A stretch of 41,190 nt of DNA, taken from Vitrella brassicaformis CCMP3155 (Eukaryota > Protista > Chromerida). The notes under the pieces are model-generated. The model searched no databases, was not told the DNA's origin, and saw only the letters and a program-made list of their open reading frames with translations. Of the stretch, positions 31,136 through 41,190 are shown piece after piece (the first letter of the stretch is position 1; each line of letters opens with the position of its first letter). The stretch is from the NCBI GenBank assembly GCA_001179505.1, contig CDMY01000621.1, forward strand, positions 1 through 41,190, in the 5' to 3' direction. The position numbers were made by a program, and so were the translations under genes.

Positions 31136-33697
31136 CTAGCTATTGGCTTCCTCCTCATCCCGCTCTGTGCTCTTCCTCTCGGGGCTCCCCTCCACAGACA
31201 CCGACACGGCACCATTCGGGCTGCCCGCCCCGTCCCCCTCCCTCTCAGACACAGCAGCCTCAGGCGGCTGCCTGTCAGCCCCCCCGCCACCGCTGCCATC
31301 GTGTGGCGGCACTGCTGGCGCCGCAGTAGCTGGATTGCCGATGCGACTGAACCACGGCTTCGCGAAGCCGCCTGCGGCTGCTGGTGTCGCCGTGTTGATG
31401 GGGTGCAGCCCATTGAGGGCCAGCGGCGCCTTGACGCCATCACGGCCGTCCTCCCTGGGTCCATATGTGCTGCTGGGAACGCCGTTGGTGACATGCGGTG
31501 AGTTGGCCGCGGCCGCCATGGGTTGGGGGGGCGATGCGACGCTTGAGGGTGCCGAGGGCAGGTCGGCTGAGAGGCTGTCGAGGGTCTGTTCGAGCAGTGT
31601 GCGGGCGGCCTGTACGCGGGACATGTCCAAGCCAACGAACGCCTGAGGAATCCAGGAAGATTGAGAGCGTGGCGGCGGTTCAGCCGTGATCACATGTTGC
31701 CTGTCTGTATGGCGTACGTATGATTGTTGCTTCTGCTCGAAACCGATGCACTTGAGCAGCGCCGGTGTGGACCGTTTCGTGCCCAGACGCTCTGCACGCA
31801 CACAAGCCACACAGACAGCTCATGTGTGTGCGCCTTAGTGAGGGCACCGATGTGTTGTGGCCTCACTGACCATTGAATCGCGCGCTTGACGCGTTTATCT
31901 TTCGGTACCGGTCGGCGTCAGGATACGTCAGCAGGTTCTTCAATATCAACTGCAACCATACACACACTCTCCCATTAGCATCTCCTCCCTCTTTCTTCTC
32001 CCCGATCCATCCATCTCCAGCGGCTCCACCCACCTGCAGGGTGGCCAGTGTCTTCTTGGCCTCCTCCCTGCCCTCACAGTCGTCAACCAGGGCACGCACA
32101 CACGCCGACACCTCACCATCGACCGCTGCCATCTCTCGCGCGTCCGATGCAGCAGGCGACGGCGACGTTGGCCGCGACGTGGGGGGCTGCTGGATGGCGT
32201 CGGTCATCGAGGGCATCACGCCATCCACCTCAGCAGCACCGCTGGCCTGGCGCAGAAAGCAACAAGGAGGATGCCTTCCGCCTTTCTGATGCATGTCTTG
32301 CCGGCTGTCAACGGCTCACCTGGGATGGCCTTTGGTGCTGCTGCTGCTGCTGTTGGAGCAGGCTTTTGATGACGCCGGCCATCTCCCGCAGCTCGTGCCC
32401 CTGACGCTGGACCATATCCAACAACTGACACGACAGCACATACAAACAGACATGGGCGAGATGACCTTGGGCACTCATCGGGTTGTCATGTCAGTCAGCC
32501 TCACCGCGTCCTCCCGCCGCTTGACTTCGTTCTTCATCTCCCGGATCTCATTCGAGAGGGCAAACGACATCGACAATGACATGGGAGGCATGCCAGGGCT
32601 CAACTCATCTGCACACAAACGCACACACGAGGAACATCAGACTCAGCAACACGTGTCTGACCACGCCCGGCTGTTCCCCTGGCTGTGTGCTCACTGACCT
32701 GCCTCTCCGTTGGTAGCAGCAGCGGCAGGGATAGGTCTGCCGTCCATGTGCTCGTCTCCTGCCCTCCTCATGCCCAGCCCCCTGCCGCCCCGCCGCCCGC
32801 TGTCGTCCTCATCGTCACCTTCCAGTGGCAACGCACCACCGCTCTCGGCCGCCTCACGGGGAGCAGCAGCCGCCTCCTCGATGCGCCACTTGGTGTACAT
32901 GTCCTGAGCAATCAGTGAGGGAAGGAGTCGTGACACAGGCGTGTGTGTGTTGTGTGTGTGGTTCTGTGGTTTTGTGGTTGCTTGATTGGGTAACCCACCC
33001 AGACATAGTGGAGAATGGCATATGCGCCGAAGGATATGATCATGGGCACAGTCCACTCCTGCAGACGCTGAACCCAACCCTTGCGACGGCCTGCACCACA
33101 GCCACACCGTCAAGCCAAGCGAACGATGTCACATCCACTACTCTGTTCTCCCTCCCTCCCTCCCTCCCTCCCTCCCTCCCCTCTCTCACTCTTGATGCGT
33201 CCGTAGGGGTAGGGATACGAGCCGAGGGGATAGGCGGCTGGGTAGGGCGGGGGCGGCATGGAAGAGGGCACCAACGCAGAGGCCACAGCGGGGGTGGGCG
33301 ATGGAGGTGACGGAGAGGGAGATACCTGAACAGCAATGTTAGCACCAGGGGGGAGGGCAAACAACCATCACATCGCCTACCGCACAGACACACACATCGG
33401 TTTCTTTCCCAGTCTCACCTGCGTCTGTTGTTGCTGCTTGACGCGTTGGAAGGCCTCGGCAATCTCGCTGTCCGGCAGTCCCTTCTTCTTTAGGAACTCC
33501 CTCTTCTGCTCCTCAGACGCCGCTTGCACTGCTTGCGCGCCAACCACCCCGATATATGCAGCCACAATCACAGGAAGGAGATATCGACATAGATGCGCAT
33601 TCAGCGTGTGTGTACCTGATGGGTGTGACAGGAACCGCACCGCGTTCTGCACCTGGTCCTCCCGAATCGTCCCATTCGCTGGTGGGGGACTGCTCAT
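31136..33697 (-). CDS. PEX14: Peroxisomal docking protein PEX14 with a C-terminal PUB domain, about 11 exons
   Basis: IREDQVQNAVRFLSHPS|AVQAASEEQKREFLKKKGLPDSEIAEAF is the Pex14 N-terminal domain. A Pro/Tyr-rich linker, a TM segment (WTVPMIISFGAYAILHYVW) and a coiled coil (NEIREMKNEVKRREDA|RQGHELREMAGVIKSLL) follow. Then AKKTLATLQ|LILKNLLTYPDADRYRKINASSARFN|ERLG..ALLKCIGFEQ is a PUB signature. All junctions are phase-consistent. Confidence 0.88.
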
Positions 33698-33949
33698 GTC
33701 AGTCAGCGAGATCAACGAGATACAAAAGCGAACGAATCATGCTCGTTCTGATGCACAGATTCGCCACAAGCCCAAAGGAATCTGCTTTTCCCTTTTTGGC
33801 TTCAAGCTCGCAACACGATCGCATCGCGCCAGGAGCAAAAGGGCGTTGAAAGAATCCTTTGCTGTGCAGCGGCAGGTCCGCAGATGACGGCTACACAGCG
33901 GCATTGGCATCTTTCACTCCCCTGAGTGCCGCACCGTATCCAGTCGAAT

Positions 33950-34833
33950 ATGCCGAAGAATCTGTCCTTGTTCGGCAAGTATCTGCGTAAGGTGGGCAAG
34001 ATCCACTGGCGGGGCTTCAAGCGGCACCAGATCGCCCACCCCATCCCCGTCAAGGCGTACGGCAGGGAGCCCACCGCGGCGGCGTCGACGGGCCTGTACC
34101 ACGATGAGGACTTCAACTACTACTCGTACATCGTGTGGACGATGGACAAGTTCTGGACAAAGGCCAAACCCAACACGTTCAAGAAGGACATTAAATCCAA
34201 GCGGCTCAACACGGAGATCAAAAACCTCAGAGTCACCACATCAGGTAGAGAGGAATGTGTGTGTGGTGTTTATTGCGTGCGTGCGTGCGGTGTTGGTATG
34301 TGCTGTGCAGCGCTTCACGCGATGGACGACATGGGTGGGTTTGACGAGTACATTTTGCGGACGCCGCCGCAGGAGATGCGGTCCAACATGGGCGAGCGGA
34401 TGAGAAACGTCATGTACTTCTACCAACACAACCCCGGTGGGTAGGGTAGGCCGGGGCCGCACGGACGGACCACCACACACATATGACTGACTGACACGGA
34501 TGGATGGATGGATGGAAGCACGTTTCCCTCTCTTTGTATGTCTATTTGTCTGTTCAGAGGTCCGCGAGTGGGCTCTGCCGTGGAAGGTCTTCTTGCGGTT
34601 CAAAGACCAGGTAGGTACGCGCAGTACGAAGGAAGGGCGTCCATGCATAACCATCACTCACACACATGCTGTCGTGCTTGTTTATGTGTGTCAATCGGAT
34701 TGAGTCAGCGCGACCCCTACTTTGCCCGCCACTGGCACTACCTGCGGAAGGAGAGGAATGAGAAGTGGTTCGGCAAGGCGTGCGCCAAATTCTCACCCTA
34801 CTACCTGCCTCCGGAAGAAAGTACCTACAACCA

Positions 34834-34866
<33 letters not shown>

Positions 34867-35461
34867 CGAGAGAGAAGCACACGAAGAGGACGGTATGCAA
34901 TTCGACGCGTGTCGTGTCTGTGTGTTGGTTGGCAGAGATGCATCCTGAGCGTCAGGAGTTCCTCGAGGGCTCCGAGCCGCCACAACCCATCAACATGTAA
35001 GTAACCAATCAGGAGTGGAAGGACAGGACAGCGACGGCTGGGTGGATGCCATTGGGTGCCTTATGCGTGTGTGTGCGTCTGATGCTAGGTGGTGGAAGGA
35101 GAGTCCTGCGTTGGAGCAGGGCTTTAGGCGGCGGCTCAAGGAGGCCAAGTCGTTCGAGGAGGCACATCCCGACCACCACGAACCTGACGGATTCAGGTAC
35201 TGCACACGCACCGTCGCTGCGACGTGTTGGTGGTTGCGACCATTGTTGCGTCCATGTGTGTGTCTGTCTCAACTAACCAGGGAGGGTTACGGTCACGGTG
35301 GCGGCGGTCAGCATGGCAATGTGAATCCGATGCGCAAGCACAAGAAGGAGTACAAGTGGCACAACGTCTACAAGCCGGAGAGCGGCAAGAAGTACTGGGG
35401 CGCATGGATGAGACTCAGGTCGGCAAGGATCAAGCAAAACAATAAAGTCGGAGGCAAGTGA
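33950..35461 (+). CDS. MRPL28: Mitochondrial ribosomal protein bL28m with alveolate-type extensions, 7 exons
   Basis: TGLYHDED..KPNTFKKDIKSKRLNTEIKNLRVTTS|ALHAMDDMGGFDEYILRTPP matches the bL28 pattern (GLY..KPN...K.L.S..L.....+.VTT.AL..ID..GG+D.Y+L.TP). The 3' end is ambiguous (see findings). Confidence 0.85.
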
Positions 35462-35598
35462 GTGACACAGTGAGTAGGGGCGCCAGCTGCCTGTGTCATG
35501 TCATGCCTGGAGTGGGTCCTGTACAGTGTTCGTTCATTCTGGTCCAGTGGTATGTATCTGTTATTGGTATGTATGTGGGGTGAGGTCGATAGATTCAG

Positions 35599-37324
35599 CC
35601 GGTATCGACGTGTGTGTGCTTCATGCCATTGACGTTTCTTCATTGCAAATGGAGCTCCACGCTTTCCTACGGGCTTCTCGTGTACTCTCGAGCTTGTCCA
35701 GCCAGCCGAGGAGCTGGGTGACACGCTTGAAATACACCAGTAGCCCGTGGCCAACGTGCGCGCTTGACGAGTCAAAAACCACAGATATACTCAGATCCTG
35801 TCATGACGGCCTCTCTCGAGCTTCTCGAAGCTCTCCTCGAGCATATCATCCCATCTACACAACAAAATGGCCAGGTATCACAACACGGCAACGGCCACCC
35901 ACACACAGCCGCGCTCCATGCCCTTGCGCCATTCAGGATCACAGGGGCAGCAGCGGGAGGGCGGTGCTGCTGCTTATCCCCGCTGCCATGGACGACATGA
36001 AGATCTGCCGGCCCGACGCCATCCGGCCCGGCGTGGACTCATCCGGCCATCTCGCTTCCACCCTTGCGATGGAGGCAGCCCTCCAGTACTGCATCCAATG
36101 GGCTCGCGAATGCGCCATAGTCGTGTGGTATGCCACATGCCTGAGAAGTGGAGGTGCATTGATGGCCTATGGTGTGTGCAGTGAGCAGGAGTCGCTTCTG
36201 TCGCGGCCCGCCCTGCTGCGGACGGATGAGCGGCGGGGAGGTCACCACCACACGTCTGCGGCCATGCCACACCCGGCTATGGAACGCATCCTGCTCAAGT
36301 ATGCTGGGAAACCACCAGCCGCTCTTGAGGCCATCATCTCTCATAGCCATGGGTGTATGGGTGTGTATGCTGCTGCAGGTATGTTGACCATCATGCCCAT
36401 CCCCGGGGCTCCCGACGCCCCGCCCCATCAGACGAGGCCAACGATCCCCCCGCCACCCGCCAGTGGTACCGGCTGCTTGACACCCTCACCGCCCTGCACG
36501 AAATCGACCCCCCGCAGCCGCACCTACACACACACTCCCGCCCACAGTCGGCCGTGGCGAGCAGGAAGCACACCCGCACCCGCCGCAAGTCCCGCCGCCG
36601 ATCGCAGCCATACACCATCAGGAAACCGGCCGACCCTTTTGCGGTCGTGCCAGCCCCTCCTCCCCCGGCTCCCCCCAATGCAGCCCCATCTACCAGAACA
36701 GTCAACCGTCCGTCGCTGGTGGTGCTGCATCGGCTGACCGACTTGATCAGAGGTGCTGAGATTGACATGAGCAAGACGCGCCCCCACTCGCCCCGCACCA
36801 CCAGCAGCAAGGCCACTGGGGCGGGGGTGGCGAGTGGGAGCGCAGCGGACCCCAAGACGCCTGGGAGGACGCAAGCGGGAGGAGGGGGAGGCGGGACAGG
36901 CGGTGGGGCGGGTGGTATGATGGATGTGAGGCCCGATGCGAGCACGGCCAATTTTGCGGTGCATCTGGTGCTTGCGCTGCTGCGGAACGCCGTCAGTGCC
37001 ATGGGGGCGGGGGCGGGTGCAGGGGTGGTCGTCATTGACGTCATTGATGCAGGTGTGTGCGTGTCTGAGGGCATGCCACAAGAGAGAGAGAGAGAGAGAG
37101 AGAGACTGTGTCAGGCACCCCATGTGTGTGTGTGTGCAGATACAGTTGTAGAGTTTCAGCGCACCCAAGGCCCCGTATCGCATCGGCTGCAGACCTACCG
37201 CCGTTTCTTCGATGCCATCCTGCTGCTCACACAGCAACAGCTGCAGAGCGGCCAGGGGGGAGAGGGCGGCACGAGTGCCGCACTCTCGTGGACGGACCTC
37301 ACTCGCATCAAGCCACTCGTGTGA
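35599..37324 (+). CDS. Hypothetical protein with helical segments and low-complexity linkers; true 5' end uncertain (may splice from the bL28m last exon)
   Basis: Phase-consistent exons: ..MELHAFLRASRVLSSLSSQPRSW|IYSDPVMTASLELLEALLEHIIP..|DHRGSSGRAVLLLIPAAM..|..MERILLK|YVDHH..QWYRLLDTLTALHEI..|DTVVEFQ..RFFDAILLLTQQQL..IKPLV*. No family recognised. Confidence 0.6.
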
Positions 37325-37540
37325 TGATATGGATGGATGGATGGATGGACAGTAACCAATTCACTGTTGTTGGCGAGTAGTAGATTCGAATTAAGTCGGA
37401 GTCAGTCAGCGGATGGTCGAATTAGCACCACAGCAAGAAAACAAGACTATCAGCATCCACACCAGTACTTAGTACACTGTCTCGCACCAACAGCATGGAA
37501 CCAACCACACATGGACACACCAGATCGATCATGAATGCCT

Positions 37541-39174
37541 TCAGTCGCCCTTTCTGCGCTCTTTTCTGTCATCTGGTTGCGCCAAGAGCTTCTCCAACGA
37601 CGCACCGGGGCTGCAGACAGACAGACGGACGAAACGTGCAACATCAGCGCCACTCAGAGGTAATACAGGTGGACCAGATGAGACACTGCATCCATACCAT
37701 GGTTTCCAGATGTCGAGGGCGTGCAGCAGCCGCACAAGGATGATGTCACGCGCCATCTGCAGCGCTGCACACACACCGGACATCAATCAACTGAGAATGG
37801 CTAGACGCCGCGCGCGACTTGTGTTCGGTATCTATCTACATGCGAGTGCGACGTTGAGCTTTGACCCAGGGATCTCCTGCCAGTTGACGGCCACCTCAGC
37901 CACACGAAGGCCCAGCCTGCACCCACAACACACCACACCCCTGCTGTGTGCTGAAAGGACGCAAGAAGTGTGTCGACTGATCTATCTGTCTCTCTGTCTG
38001 TCTGTCTACCGTTGCGCAATGACGAGGACTTCAATGTCGAATGCCCATCGTGTCACGTTGAGTGAGGCGAAGATGTCTCGCGCGGCGGCCCGCGTGAAGA
38101 GCTTGAAGCCGCACTGGGTGTCCTTGACGTTGGAACCCACCAGCAGCGTCACAAACACGTGAAAGCCATACATGAGCACATTCCGGTACCATGCTCGCTG
38201 GAAGCAACGTCCACAACACACAACACACACACACATCACATCTTGCCCTGCCCTGTCTCTCTCGGTTTCCCTTGGCCGCTGAGAGCTCTGACTTACATGT
38301 GCGACAGCGTCCTTCTGCAGGTGGGCCCGCGAGCCGAAGACAACGTCATACTCGGCCGTCTGTGCGTCGGCGGTGGTTGATGGCTTGCCGGGCGGCCGCC
38401 GGGCCCCCCTGTGCAGCTTGGCCTCCAGGTGGGAGAGGTCGCGGATGTCGGTGGCGCCATCCGCATCAACCATCAGCAGCGACTCACCCTGGCCGAGCAA
38501 CATGCCCTGAGAAGGAGGACAGGAGATGGCTGTGAGTGAGTTGGGGGGAGTCCATGTGCATCTGTACTGCATATATGTGTGTGTACCAACCATTTTGACG
38601 GCGAATCCCTTGCCCATGTTTCTTCTCAGTCGGACCACTTTCAGCTCCTGAGCTATCCCGCACTCAGCTGCCGTCGTGCGGGCCACTCTCGCACTGACAC
38701 AAACAAACAAACAAACAGCCAACCAGATAAGAGAATGAATGAGTGAGTGGCAAGCAGATGGAACGACACATAGGCATGCTCACGTTTGGTCGCGGCTGCC
38801 GTCACAGACCACGAGCACCTCGAATGACTTGGACGGGTCGGCTACACGACGGTCCAGCAAGTACTGTAGACACACACACAGACAGACAGACAGACAGGCA
38901 GACAGGCAGACAGCAACACAACAAGAAACCACACAGATACCTTTATGTATCTCCATCCCCTGTCTTATGTATCAGTCGGACGCACCTTAGCGGTGTCTTT
39001 GAGCATTGGCGGCAGCCGGTCGGCCTCGTTGTAGGCAGGGATGACCAGCGACAGCTCCACCTCCTTGGCTGACTTGCCCTTGGCGTGCTGAACCTTGTGG
39101 CATGCCGACACGATGAACCGACTGACGACGTCGGAGCTGCCACCGGGAGATGGCGGATGTGACGCCGAATCACC

Positions 39175-39221
<47 letters not shown>

Positions 39222-39632
39222 TGCAGAACACGCAGGGCAGTCATTGGTCTGTCCTTTATGAGCGCTGTGCTTACTTGTCAGAGGGGAGCTGTCCAGAAAG
39301 ACGTCAGCTATCTCATCCCTGATCGGACAGAACACGAGCACGAGCCACCATTCATTCAAGTGCAGGCCCTCTCCCTCCCCACATCCATGCGCCTGTCTGT
39401 GCCACAACATACACACACACACACACCTGAACGTGTGATCTCTGTCCCGCCGCCACTGCAGATAGGGCTCCAGGAACCAACGAACAAAGAGCAGAAACCC
39501 GCCCAGCACCACCTGCACAACCACACAACCAAACACACACACGAGCACTCAGGCAGCCGAAAGGCCTTCACATGTGCCCCCTGGTTTGCTTACCACAGCG
39601 AAGGCTGTGAAAAGGCCGATCAGCATCTCCAT
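37541..39632 (-). CDS. ALG5: Dolichyl-phosphate beta-glucosyltransferase (GT2), about 10 exons
   Basis: N-terminal TM (MEMLIGLFTAFAV|VVLGGFLLFVRWFL), LSLVIPAYNEADRLPPML, FEVLVVCDGSRDQT, NMGKGFAVKM|GML, LLMVDADGAT (DxD), VFGSRAHL, DTQCGFKLFTR, RWAFDIEVL, EVAVNWQEIPGSKL and MARDIILVRL are all ALG5 signature motifs. Confidence 0.95.
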
Positions 39633-39808
39633 GTCAGGAGGTTCAGGGATCAATCCACGCTGTCCTCCTATGCTTCCTGCGGCTGCCGGGACGCCAAAGG
39701 AGGAGCGAGGAAGGAGGAAGGAAACGCGAGCTCAGCAATGCGAGCTCATCATTGCGAAGAGAGATCTTTCGCCACGACTAATGCGCTGCACCCACCAAGC
39801 GCAGCATC

Positions 39809-40477
39809 ATGCTCTCATCAGCGACGCTGTTGGTCGTCTATCTCGTCGTTCTCGGGGCAGCAGAGAACTGCCGGCCATCGGCGGTGTCAGCCTTCGTCCC
39901 GCCGCCCGTCCGCCTCTCCCGCACCGCCAAGCACACAGGCCTGGCCTCCCAGATGAGAGCCACGAAACCGCAAGTTGAGGTGACCGACTGACTGACTGAC
40001 TGACATTCATGACAGATATGCACTGGCTGTGTGTGTGTGTGTGTGAGTGACTGTGTAGAAATCAGGTGAGCAGCGAATGGCTGAGGTGGACCGGAAGCTG
40101 GGGACCTTCGAACGGGACGCTAGCTTCATGGCCAAGTACAGCGAGTTCCAGGGGCTCAAGGAAGCCAAAAGATATCTCACCCTACAGCAGACCAAAGGCA
40201 CGCACGCACGCCACACACACACACACTCGCGCACACACACACACACACGATCCTGCAGGTGAGTCTCTTCTCGGTCTGTCTCTGTCTGTCTGTCTGGTGT
40301 GGCCATTGATGGGTGGGTGCAGGGACGTCGGGGGCTGGAGTGAAAGTGGCCGGTTTGACGAAAAAGGGCTGGACCAATATTTTCATTACCGTCGCGCTTC
40401 TTGTCTCGCTAGTCTGGGTGTTTTTCTTCACAGTCGATTATATGCTGGCCCCCTTGCGTGCCGACTTTGGAAAGTGA
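39809..40477 (+). CDS. Small putative plastid-targeted single-pass membrane protein, 3 exons (one GC-AG intron)
   Basis: MLSSATLLVVYLVVLGAAENCRPSAVSA-F-VPPPVRLSRTAKHTGLASQMRA has the form signal peptide + Phe at +1 + basic hydroxylated transit peptide. Exon 2 is RMAEVDRKLGTFERDASFMAKYSEFQGLKEAKRYL; exon 3 has a TM (WTNIFITVALLVSLVWVFFFTVDYML). Confidence 0.6.
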
Positions 40478-40825
40478 CGAGCGGGCGGGCCGGCGGGTTG
40501 CCTCTGCGGACTGGCTGATGTGTGTGAGTATGTAGACGTAGCGAAGGGGTGAGGTCACACGATTCGCTACGGATTTCTGTGTCGGGTTTGCAGTGGGGAG
40601 TATGTGAGCGACTGCTCAGGCTGGGTGTAAAGGGACTGTTATCCAGCGGTTTTAAACCAACGGCTTGCCGGGAAAAATTGTGGGGAGCTGGGTTCAAGAA
40701 GCGGAACCCGCAGCTGCGAGTCCGCCACGGGTGCATGTGGGATCAGACCCTCGGGCGCCCTCAGCTGCTGGGAGTGGTGGATTAGGAGGGTCTTCTGATG
40801 ACATCGTCTGTCCCCTTGTCGTTGG

Positions 40826-41170
40826 TCAGGGGTTCGCTTTTGCTGCGCCCATGTCGACCGTGAGTATGTCGATGTCGATGCCGTGTGTGAACGTTAGTCG
40901 AGAGCCGAAGGTGGAGTCAACGTTAACGGTCAACGGCGAGGTGTCGTATATAACGGTGTAGACAGCAGGAATCGGTCCATCGAAAGTCAAACACGAAACT
41001 GCACCACCACCACACACAAACGAAACACCAGCCACACACAGCAAAGGTGAGTGAGGATGGAGAGGTGAGGTGAGTGGGTAGGGTGGTGGTGTATGTGACG
41101 TACCGGTGAAGGCGTGTAGGTATGCCCAGTCAGTCACCCAACACGCTACTGAACCGAGAACCAAAACACC
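40826..41170 (-). CDS. Possible last two exons of a gene running off the window end
   Basis: ctcag|GVLVLGSVACWVTDWAYLHAFT g|gtacgt...gtgcag|VSCLTFDGPIPAVY..KANP* is phase-consistent; no family recognised and codon bias is weak. Confidence 0.3.
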   Translation of the reverse strand, partial: GVLVLGSVACWVTDWAYLHAFTGTSHTPPPYPLTSPLHPHSPLLCVAGVSFVCGGGAVSCLTFDGPIPAVYTVIYDTSPLTVNVDSTFGSRLTFTHGIDIDILTVDMGAAKANP

Positions 41171-41190
41171 CTGAGCCACCACACACACAC

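Noticed and set aside
37541-39632. DPM1 (dolichol-phosphate mannosyltransferase) as the identity of the GT2 gene
   Set aside because: The N-terminal TM and the motifs DADGAT, GSRAHL, RWAFDIE and VNWQEIPGSKL are ALG5-type.

Overview
Eukaryotic, GC-rich, very intron-dense nuclear DNA. Short GT-AG and some GC-AG introns are filled with CA/TG/GACA microsatellites, and there are two 300-N scaffold gaps. Intron style, a bipartite plastid leader and apicomplexan-like mitochondrial proteins fit a chromerid alveolate such as Vitrella brassicaformis best (inference; no search run). The supplied ORF track is misleading because genes are spliced, so exons were joined by hand using splice consensus and phase. 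Recognisable genes in order: SURF1 (+), a ~1,850-aa secreted multidomain GH17-like protein (-), a J-domain protein (+), PHAF1/C16orf70 (-), a metacaspase-like protein (+), TMEM14 (-), a frameshifted F-box-like family member (+), several orphan or secreted proteins, PEX14 fused to a PUB domain (-), mitoribosomal bL28m (+), ALG5 (-) and a small plastid-targeted membrane protein (+). No rRNA, tRNA, CRISPR array or transposase was seen. Most interesting: (1) the GH17 module lacks both catalytic glutamates and appears split by a ~625-aa insert holding two copies of an unnamed Trp-rich domain; (2) the PEX14-PUB fusion; (3) a metacaspase with catalytic Cys replaced by Ser; (4) a ~95%-identical ~100-bp core shared, in the same orientation, upstream of two unrelated genes for probable mitochondrial membrane proteins (SURF1, TMEM14); (5) AC...GT complementary intron ends. 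Exon boundaries are manual predictions and need RNA-seq.
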